Below are positions 57,537 to 64,000 of a DNA stretch of 64,000 nucleotides, in pieces. Made by a program: the position numbers and the translations under genes. The stretch is from a virus (Duplodnaviria; Caudoviricetes): IMG/VR virus record IMGVR_UViG_3300010376_000032, positions 13,173-77,172 of that record; one strand, given 5' to 3'. The notes below the pieces were generated by a model. It did no database searches. It was not told where the DNA came from and saw nothing but the letters and a program-made list of their open reading frames with translations. Within the stretch, counting starts at the first letter, position 1; each line of letters opens with the position of its first letter.

Positions 57537-57805
57537 CAGCCCCCCTGCAAAGCAGGGGCAAAAATGATCTTCTCGGCCTGGGGATCGAACTCGGTGATGC
57601 GCTGGTCCTTGTCGCCCTTGCGGGTCACCGACCACGCCTGCATACCTTTCGCCTTCATGCGATCGAACAGCGAGCGGGCCTCTTCGACCTCGACGGTGTT
57701 GTTGCGGTCCCAGATGTGCTTGGTATCGCCCGTCGAGTCGAGGATGACGATGACGCCGCCCTCGTGCTCCTCGATGCGGTTGGCCTCTGCGACCAGTGTT
57801 GTCAT
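57536..57805 (-). CDS. Small protein ending in Gly-Gly
   Basis: LDSTGDTKHIWD...FDPQAEKIIFAPALQGG-stop; AAGGAGAG RBS. Confidence 0.75.
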   Translation of the reverse strand: MTTLVAEANRIEEHEGGVIVILDSTGDTKHIWDRNNTVEVEEARSLFDRMKAKGMQAWSVTRKGDKDQRITEFDPQAEKIIFAPALQGG

Positions 57806-57990
57806 GGTTTCTCTCCTTGGGGTTGTCCTACTGGGATCTCGTTTCCTTGCTCATCGACAGGAGGGAATTTGCCCGACCCGTAGCAAGCTGGGCACACAAT
57901 CTCATTGCCGTCAACCGCGGCGATGACGTGCCCGTGCCCGTGGCAGAAGCCACACTCCCCGGCCCGGTAGTGGTCACTGGGCTTGGGCAT
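57802..57990 (-). CDS. DnaJ-type CxxCxGxG zinc-finger protein
   Basis: CGFCHGHG...CPACYGSG. Confidence 0.6.
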   Translation of the reverse strand: MPKPSDHYRAGECGFCHGHGHVIAAVDGNEIVCPACYGSGKFPPVDEQGNEIPVGQPQGEKP

Positions 57991-58324
57991 CGCAGATCAC
58001 CCGCACCAGCTTGACCGTCTCGGCGTGGCCCTCGCGGGCCTCTTCTTCGGTGGCATAGCGCCACTGCTCCAGATGAAGGTCGCCGCCGAAGATCATGGTT
58101 TCAAAGATCCTGAGCGGGCCACCTGGCATCCACTGGTGGTTCAGCCCCAGCCAGACGGTGGACACCTCCACCGGCTCGTCACCCATGATGAACACGTCCT
58201 TGCAGATGACCTTGTACGCCATGTCGCCCAGCAGCCTCGACCATTCCATCATGGTGATGGGGTTGCCCGCCTTGTCGAAATAGAGGTGCTTGTCACCGAA
58301 GTCGGGCAGGTCGGGCAGGCTCAC
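57974..58324 (-). CDS. Hypothetical protein
   Basis: VSTVWLGLNH...FETMIFGG...RYATEEEA..GH. Confidence 0.6.
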   Translation of the reverse strand: MSLPDLPDFGDKHLYFDKAGNPITMMEWSRLLGDMAYKVICKDVFIMGDEPVEVSTVWLGLNHQWMPGGPLRIFETMIFGGDLHLEQWRYATEEEAREGHAETVKLVRVICDAQAQ

Positions 58325-58641
58325 TCGTCGCCCTCGACCTCGATCTTGACGAAGGAGATGCCGTCCTGCTCAAACTGCGTCTCGATCCACTCGGGAAAGC
58401 TCATCTTCCGCCTTGTGGCCTCAGCCATGGAGTTGAGCATGGCGTGGCGTCCCATCAGCCAGCCATCGCGATAGCCCCGCTTGTACCACAGCGGCATGAA
58501 GCAACTCAGCAGCATCAGCACGGCGAAGGTGGCCGACTGAACGTAAAGGCCCAGGGCCAGGCTGACACCCATCCCGGCCCCGGCCGCGATGGCGAAGATC
58601 ATGTTGGTCAGAACGACCGGGTGGCGTAGGAGCTTCTTCAC
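58321..58641 (-). CDS. Membrane protein
   Basis: Two TM segments. Confidence 0.55.
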   Translation of the reverse strand: MKKLLRHPVVLTNMIFAIAAGAGMGVSLALGLYVQSATFAVLMLLSCFMPLWYKRGYRDGWLMGRHAMLNSMAEATRRKMSFPEWIETQFEQDGISFVKIEVEGDE

Positions 58642-59759
58642 CGCATTAGAGCGCGGACTGTTTCACGTATTACCAGGGGCTTGTCAGCAGGCCCCTTTTG
58701 GTACGCCTCGATGAGCTTGGGCCGGTGGGTCTGCTCCTTGGCATACCACTGGTTGCGCCAGTGCCGTCCCACCAGCCAGCGATGACTCCACTCCACGGCG
58801 CTGCCCCCGCCGGACGGGGTGCGGGTAGTCGGCTCCCGCAAGCGGATCACCCGCACCTCGTCCAGCTTGCGGCCCTCGCGCTGCGCCTGCCGCGCCGCAG
58901 CACGCCCCCCGGGCCGCTCAACGGACTCCACCACGATCCGCTGGCTGCACAGCGCCCAGAAGGTGGCCAGCAGCTTGCGATCCTCCACGATGGACGCCTT
59001 CTGCGTCTCACTCTCGTAGGGCGGAACGAAGTTGAACTCCGAGGTCATGATGTCCAGGGGCCACTCCGACCCGCCCGTGGGCATGAGCCGGTTGGGGTAG
59101 ACCTCCCGAAACCGGTCCTTCATGCCATCGGTGAGGCCCCGGTACAGGCCGACGAGATCCCGCCAGGCGTAGGTTTCGGCGGCGATGACGGGGCCGATGC
59201 GGTAGAGCGTGGCCGCGCCCCAGAGCATGGCCGAGGTGTAGATGGTCTGGCCGTTCTCGGCGTCGGTGCCGGGGACGGACTTGGCGAACATCACGAAGGC
59301 GTCGGGACAGGGCGGCTGGGGCAGGCAGTCGGGGATGGAGGGGGCCAGGGTGGTGATCACGTCGGTCATTTCCGGTGACACCCAGTACAACTCGGCCCGC
59401 CGGAACGTCTCCTCCATCCACCAGCGAGCTTCCTCTGCCTCGCGAGTGCGGTTGCCGGACCAGCCCTCGATCTTGTTGCGGCCCTGCAGGGCGAACTGGT
59501 GCTGCCACTCACCGGGGTGGGACCACCAGCGCACTAACTGCTGGCGCTGATGAGGCACGTCGGTGGGGCGCACGGCCAGGTGGAACTCCTCCGGCTCGTT
59601 GGGCTGCGGCTTGCCGCCGTGGAACAGATCCGCCACGTCCTCAGCCGAACCACCCAGGTGCTTCTTGCCCTTGCGGACCTCCAGGTTCTTGCCCCCCTGG
59701 TACTCATGGCGGATGATCTCCAGGGCCTGGTCGGTCATTTCGTCGCCCTGGAAGGTCAT
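58638..59759 (-). CDS. Hypothetical protein
   Basis: Start re-called at the ATGA overlap; C-terminal HRWLVGRHWRNQWY...YQKGP. Confidence 0.6.
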   Translation of the reverse strand: MTFQGDEMTDQALEIIRHEYQGGKNLEVRKGKKHLGGSAEDVADLFHGGKPQPNEPEEFHLAVRPTDVPHQRQQLVRWWSHPGEWQHQFALQGRNKIEGWSGNRTREAEEARWWMEETFRRAELYWVSPEMTDVITTLAPSIPDCLPQPPCPDAFVMFAKSVPGTDAENGQTIYTSAMLWGAATLYRIGPVIAAETYAWRDLVGLYRGLTDGMKDRFREVYPNRLMPTGGSEWPLDIMTSEFNFVPPYESETQKASIVEDRKLLATFWALCSQRIVVESVERPGGRAAARQAQREGRKLDEVRVIRLREPTTRTPSGGGSAVEWSHRWLVGRHWRNQWYAKEQTHRPKLIEAYQKGPADKPLVIRETVRALMR

Positions 59760-59929
59760 CGCTGTCCAGCCTGCCAGCCACACCAGTCGGAGTGGACCAC
59801 AACCAACTCGGTGCGATCCTTGAGCATCGAGATACTGACCAGCGGAGTGCAGGTGCAGCCCTTCTGTTTGTCCTCCTCCAGGTAACGCTCGATGCGGTCG
59901 GGGTCGGGCCTCAGTGCGGGATCGGCCAT
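59756..59929 (-). CDS. Small Cys/His protein
   Basis: CTC...HSDWC. Confidence 0.45.
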   Translation of the reverse strand: MADPALRPDPDRIERYLEEDKQKGCTCTPLVSISMLKDRTELVVVHSDWCGWQAGQR

Positions 59930-60783
59930 GCCTGCCTCGTGGTAGGGGTGTACACCCATTTGATCTGACGGATCGGCTCACCCTCGCGCCACTTGTTCCA
60001 GGCCGTGATGACGTAGGCGGCGAAGCGGTAGTCGGGCGCCCGCCCCCGAGTGTGGCGCTTGGCCGCGTCGTCCACCGACCACTCCCGCAGCCGCCAGATG
60101 GGGTCGTTGGACTTGAGGCCGGTGCCGTCCTTCCAGGACTCGAAGAAAATCTCCACCTCGTTGTCGATGTTCTCGTCATCGATTTTCCGGAGCCGATGGT
60201 AAAGGGCCAGGGTGGGGCCGGGGCGCACCTTGAGGATGCGGTTGATGGGCTGGATGCGGGGCGCCTCTTCGTTCAGTTCCGCGTTCTCCTCGTAGAGCTT
60301 GAGAAGCTGGCGCAGGGAGGGGCGTTGGGAGGGATCGGCGTAGTGGGCGATGCCGGTGGCTTCGGAGTACTCCAGGCGGTGCAGCCAGAACAGGGCGCCG
60401 GAGATGTAGCTGGCGTACTTGGAGACGCCCCGGCGCTGAAGCTGATCGCCCAAGGTCCGCTTGAGGCCCTGGTCCATCACCTCCTGGGCCTTGGGCGGCA
60501 CGCCTCGCAGCACCAGGAAACGGGCGGACACCCCGGTCACCACCACCGCGCTCAGCCGGTGCTGGCCGTTGAGCAGGGTGTCTTCGGCGTCGAAGACCAG
60601 GGCATCGCCGGTCAACTCCCACTCGCCCCGCTCCAGGATGCCCGACAGGTTGAGCACCCGGGCCTCCCGCAGGTTGCGGTTGTCCACGTTGCCCTGCAAC
60701 CAGTCCTGGGCCATCTTGGGGGTGACGGTGACGATGCTGACCCTCTCCTTGGTCTGGACCCTGCCGTTGGTGGTGGTAGTCAC
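59911..60783 (-). CDS. ParB-like N-terminal domain protein
   Basis: VTPKMAQDWL...NRNL...LLNGQHRLSAV...MDQGLKRT. Confidence 0.7.
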   Translation of the reverse strand: MTTTTNGRVQTKERVSIVTVTPKMAQDWLQGNVDNRNLREARVLNLSGILERGEWELTGDALVFDAEDTLLNGQHRLSAVVVTGVSARFLVLRGVPPKAQEVMDQGLKRTLGDQLQRRGVSKYASYISGALFWLHRLEYSEATGIAHYADPSQRPSLRQLLKLYEENAELNEEAPRIQPINRILKVRPGPTLALYHRLRKIDDENIDNEVEIFFESWKDGTGLKSNDPIWRLREWSVDDAAKRHTRGRAPDYRFAAYVITAWNKWREGEPIRQIKWVYTPTTRQAWPIPH

Positions 60784-61163
60784 GCGGCTGCCTTCTTCCT
60801 GGTCTTCTTGGCCGGGGCGGGAACCTCCCCTCCGACCTGGTGTGCCTTCTCCAGTTTGCCACGAAGAGTGTCAAAAAGTGCCTCACGGAAGACGGTACGT
60901 TGCGGGGCGCCTTTTATTGAGTAGCCCTCTGCGTAAATATACCGCCGCCCCATCACCTGGCCTTTGAAGTCAATATTGTCATGCCGTTCGGTGTGACAGC
61001 GGGTGCAGCGCAGAGATAGACGCCAGCCGTATAGTGGCGCCTCCAGGTCGATGGGGTTGAACTCGTCCCAGGCATGGCCGTAGCTGCGGCACTTCACATG
61101 GGTCGGATCGAGGGGGGCGTCGAGGTAGGGATCGACGGTGATAGAGGCAGTCGCACTTGGCAT
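60780..61163 (-). CDS. Zinc-binding hypothetical protein with basic tail
   Basis: CRSYGHAW...CTRCHTER...KKTRKKAAA. Confidence 0.6.
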   Translation of the reverse strand: MPSATASITVDPYLDAPLDPTHVKCRSYGHAWDEFNPIDLEAPLYGWRLSLRCTRCHTERHDNIDFKGQVMGRRYIYAEGYSIKGAPQRTVFREALFDTLRGKLEKAHQVGGEVPAPAKKTRKKAAA

Positions 61164-61355
61164 ATATAGGTGCCTTCCGGTTCCAGCCTGGTGAGGCGTA
61201 TTTTCGCGGGAGTGTAGCACCGGCCCTGTGGACAACTCGCGGTTGGTTGTGTAAGGCTGCCACATTCGTTGTGACTACGAAAGGAGCGCCCTTGGCCCTC
61301 TAGGGTTCGCAGCGTTGCGTTCCCGCACTTGTCCGCCTAATCATAGGAGTGACCT

Positions 61356-62066
61356 TTGCGTCGAACAACAGTCCTACTGTTTTCCCTCGCCGCCGTCTCC
61401 GGCGGCGTTTTGTTTACCGGTGCCTCTGCCGGGGCACAACCCCGACCAGCTATGGAGCCTGTGGTGGCAGCCAGTGATGCCGTTCCAGTTGCGGCTCCGG
61501 TGGTAGTGAGGGTGCAGGCGCCGTCCCTTCCCAAGGTCACCGTTGTCGCCGGGGACACCCTGTGGGGGATCGGCACCCGCACCCACCGGTCATGGCCAGC
61601 GCTCGCCAGCTACAACCGGATTCCCAATCCGGATCTGATCTACGTGGGCCAAGTGATCACCATCCCGCCCGCGAGCTACCAGGCTCCGGTCTACGTACCC
61701 GCTCCGGCCCCTCGCTACTCACCTCCTGTCGTCTCAGTCCAGCCGAGGCGTACTTATAGCACGTCAACGGCCACTTCGCGTGCAGCCTCCAGTGGGGGTG
61801 GAGGGTACAGCGGAGGGTACAGCGGAGGGTCGGGGGTGTGGGGCTGCATCGCCCAACACGAGTCGGGGGGCAATCCGGCCACCAATACCGGCAACGGTTA
61901 TTACGGTGCATTCCAGGACACGCTGGGTTCCTGGCAGTCGGCAGGAGGAGGCCCGGGACTGCCCTCTGACTACAGCTATAGCGAACAACTCCAGGTGAAC
62001 CAACGCATTCAAGCCCAGCAAGGTTGGGGAGCCTGGCCGGTGACAAGCGCCATGTGCGGTGCTTAA
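61356..62066 (+). CDS. rpf: Secreted LysM + Rpf-type lytic transglycosylase
   Basis: Signal peptide ending AGA; LysM (VVAGDTLWGI...NPDLIYVGQVITIP); WGCIAQHESGGN..NTGNGYYGAFQ...GWGAWP. Confidence 0.85.
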   Translation: MRRTTVLLFSLAAVSGGVLFTGASAGAQPRPAMEPVVAASDAVPVAAPVVVRVQAPSLPKVTVVAGDTLWGIGTRTHRSWPALASYNRIPNPDLIYVGQVITIPPASYQAPVYVPAPAPRYSPPVVSVQPRRTYSTSTATSRAASSGGGGYSGGYSGGSGVWGCIAQHESGGNPATNTGNGYYGAFQDTLGSWQSAGGGPGLPSDYSYSEQLQVNQRIQAQQGWGAWPVTSAMCGA

Positions 62067-62098
62067 ATGACCCCATAACTGCCCCCCGGCAGTCTCAA

Positions 62099-62134
62099 TA
62101 GACGTGGGGCGTCTAACTAGACGTGAAACGTCTA
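62099..62134. promoter_or_regulatory. Two tandem palindromic sites TAGACG-N5-CGTCTA
   Basis: TAGACGTGGGGCGTCTA (62099) and TAGACGTGAAACGTCTA (62118). Confidence 0.65.
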
Positions 62135-62145
62135 ATGAGAGTCGC

Positions 62146-62184
62146 AAAAATCCCCGGTTCCAGGGTGGTGGACCGGGGATTTTT
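62146..62184. terminator. Bidirectional intrinsic terminator
   Basis: AAAAATCCCCGGT...ACCGGGGATTTTT followed by GTTGTT. Confidence 0.8.
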
Positions 62185-62190
62185 GTTGTT

Positions 62191-62301
62191 AGGTGGGACG
62201 GTTAGCCTGAGGGGGTGGCGAGGCATATCAAGACCACCGTGTCCCCGGGACACCCGGGGCGGGCGCAGGCCGATCACTGCCTCGCCGCCCCGCCCCCACC
62301 T
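62191..62301. ncRNA. Candidate structured RNA
   Basis: Nested stems AGGTGGG/CCCACCT, GGGGTGGCGAGGCA/TGCCTCGCCGCCCC, GTGTCC/GGACAC. Confidence 0.35.
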
Positions 62302-62329
62302 CCTGGAAAAAATCGGCTACCCTGGAGGC

Positions 62330-62515
62330 GTGAGCTATGACCGATATATTGCCTGGCGCCGCCTGACCCACAACGGGGAGCGCAGCCGCGAGCAGATGTC
62401 GGCGTCAGAGCAGGCCGAGTGGGATGCCCTGGGCATCCAGGAGAGCGTGCTGCTGGAGGGCAGCTTTGAGGAGGCCAAGCTGGCCTACGAGGCGATCACC
62501 AAGGGTGACGCCTAA
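62330..62515 (+). CDS. Small hypothetical protein
   Basis: GGAGG RBS + GTG. Confidence 0.5.
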   Translation: MSYDRYIAWRRLTHNGERSREQMSASEQAEWDALGIQESVLLEGSFEEAKLAYEAITKGDA

Positions 62516-62524
62516 GCTGGAGAT

Positions 62525-62902
62525 GTGAGCCGGGAAGCACTGGGGCCGCAGTTCGATGACATCGAGATCCGTCATCACCGCGACGCCCTGGACACCCCCG
62601 AGCATCCCCTGCACATTCTGGAGGCGTACCACCAGGGCACCTACCTGGGCGGGCTGGACTATGTCGGGCCGAATCAGCGGGGCGAGGTCAGCATCGGATC
62701 GGTGGTGGTCCAGCCCGAACACCGCCGCAAGGGGGTCGGGTCGCGACTGCTGTCCGAACTAGGCAAGGCTCACCCCGAGAACGAGTTGGTGGCAGGTGGC
62801 ACTCATACCAAGGCCGGGAAATCCCTGCTGGGGGCGAGTGGCTTCAGCCAGACCAAGAGGAAGGGCTGGCGGCGGGCTGCCGAAAATCCCGTAGGCGGCT
62901 AA
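62525..62902 (+). CDS. GNAT-family acetyltransferase domain protein
   Basis: IGSVVVQPEHRRKGVGSRLL acetyl-CoA motif A. Confidence 0.7.
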   Translation: MSREALGPQFDDIEIRHHRDALDTPEHPLHILEAYHQGTYLGGLDYVGPNQRGEVSIGSVVVQPEHRRKGVGSRLLSELGKAHPENELVAGGTHTKAGKSLLGASGFSQTKRKGWRRAAENPVGG

Positions 62903-63336
62903 GCGACGTTCTCCCCGCGCATCCGACGCATAGCCTTCTCCTCCGACACGTCGTAACGCCCCTGGCGGGCCGGGTTGGTGATCTCGGCATCTTGGGTCAG
63001 GTTGTAGGCGGCTTTCTGGCGGTTCGTGACCATGTGGACGTAGGCCCGACTCTCCTCACCTTCCCGGTACCTGGTACTCCTGTCTAAATACGCTGTCCCG
63101 CCCTCCTTCCAGCCCCCCAGGAACCGGTTCTCTCCTCGTAGATGCTGGGCATGGGTGCGGGCGTAGTCCTCGATGTCGGGGCCGTGGGTCTGGGCCAGCG
63201 GGGCCTTCCGCTCGCCCCGAGGGTCGGACACCATGGTGCCGGAGGAGGGCCGCTCCCCGGTGTGGACGTTGACGGAGAATCCGCCCTCCCTGCGGAGTTC
63301 CTGGGCCAGATCACCGAACTGTTGCTTGGAGAGCAC
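62899..63336 (-). CDS. Hypothetical phage protein
   Basis: GGFSV...G..P..GTMVS...FLGGW...YLDRS...RQKAAYNL. Confidence 0.6.
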   Translation of the reverse strand: MLSKQQFGDLAQELRREGGFSVNVHTGERPSSGTMVSDPRGERKAPLAQTHGPDIEDYARTHAQHLRGENRFLGGWKEGGTAYLDRSTRYREGEESRAYVHMVTNRQKAAYNLTQDAEITNPARQGRYDVSEEKAMRRMRGENVA

Positions 63337-63345
63337 ACCCCAAGG

Positions 63346-63696
63346 CTAAGAGTCGCCCCCCTGGCCCTCCGTGTCACCGAGTCCCTCCCGTAGCTCAGCC
63401 AACCTGCGGTCAAAGATCTCGCCCAACTCTCCTTTCATCACCACCAGGACTCGCTCCATCCAACTATCTCTGTAGCTGCCCAGGAGCTTCAGGAACGACT
63501 GTGTCCACTGGTAGTTGGCCTCAAGATCCTCCTCTGGGAGGAACTGGTGGACCTGAGCCAGGCCGAGCAACATGCGAACCATCACCTCGTCCACCTCGTT
63601 GACGTAGCCATTCACCATCGCCTCTTCCAGGGCAGCTTGCATCTCAGGTGGTAAGTCGCTTCCAGGGGGCGGTGTGTTCTCTTCGTCCATCCCCAC
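63346..63696 (-). CDS. Acidic helical hypothetical protein
   Basis: 116 aa; GAGGTAGG RBS. Confidence 0.55.
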   Translation of the reverse strand: MGMDEENTPPPGSDLPPEMQAALEEAMVNGYVNEVDEVMVRMLLGLAQVHQFLPEEDLEANYQWTQSFLKLLGSYRDSWMERVLVVMKGELGEIFDRRLAELREGLGDTEGQGGDS

Positions 63697-64000
63697 AACC
63701 TACCTCACAGGCCAGAAACGTGCTCTGACCTGCACTTTTACCCTTGCAACCCCCTTTGGGGGCTATTGACCCTAAACACTGATTCTACAGGACCGCATAG
63801 AGGTGTAATGCGGTACTACGGCGGGGGTATTTCGCATATTGGCTGTGTGGGGTCGGGTACTATTGCAGTCGGTCGTGTGGAATCGAGTGTGGCACCTGGG
63901 ACCGCCCCCCCGGCCTGGCTGGCTAAGGGTGGGGGGGTCGCAGGGGGTGGTAGAGGGTCGCAGTCGGCCCAGTACGCATAACCAACATTATCGGGAGGAC

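Noticed and set aside
55209-60924. Long alternative-frame ORFs (e.g. 55209..56243, 56910..57926, 59914..60924, 29869..30987)
   Set aside because: Antisense shadows of well-supported genes, typical of high-GC DNA, with no recognisable motifs.
61164-61355. c-di-AMP (ydaO) riboswitch upstream of rpf, as found for actinobacterial rpfA
   Set aside because: Conserved ydaO elements are not recognisable; likely just a divergent promoter region.
61800-61830. 12-bp tandem repeat GGAGGGTACAGC
   Set aside because: It simply encodes the GGYS linker of the Rpf protein.
62113-62150. Hammerhead ribozyme (CTAATGAG...) and canonical parS (CGTGAAAC half-site)
   Set aside because: The hammerhead core CUGANGA/GAAA is not matched. 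Only half of parS matches, and it is better explained by the recurrent 17-mer.
1-64000. CRISPR array, tRNA/tmRNA genes, integrase or transposase
   Set aside because: No regularly spaced repeats, no cloverleaf or T-loop in intergenic gaps, and no recombinase/DDE motifs seen by eye.

Overview
The whole window reads as part of a large, GC-rich tailed phage genome, probably infecting Actinobacteria. The host inference rests on two WhiB genes, an Rpf-type transglycosylase and an amidase/PG-binding endolysin. No host housekeeping genes, integrase, tRNA or CRISPR array were found. Layout: (+) neck, fibre and lysis genes at 0.5-12.6 kb; (-) terminase, portal, scaffold, N4-gp56-type capsid and a beta-helix spike at 12.6-25.8 kb; (+) replication and recombination genes at 26-43.5 kb (XRE, putative initiator, WhiB, DnaC, DnaB, DnaG, SNF2, SSB, PolA, RecA, Cas4-like nuclease, RuvC); (+) baseplate genes at 45.5-54.7 kb (gp25-like, gp6/J-like, tail-I-like), which suggest a contractile tail; and an accessory region at 55-64 kb. 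Sheath and tape-measure genes are not in the window. Leading candidates for novelty: a small protein ending in Gly-Gly coupled to a Cys-His partner (possible conjugation system); a 17-bp palindrome TAGACG-N5-CGT(C/A)TA clustered at two strand-switch regions; a secreted LysM-Rpf; an N-terminal L-x(2-3)-QF motif shared by unrelated small proteins; and deviant catalytic motifs in PolA and DnaB. Family assignments come from motif recognition only; no database searches were run. Many start codons were re-called by eye from stop-start overlaps and RBSs.
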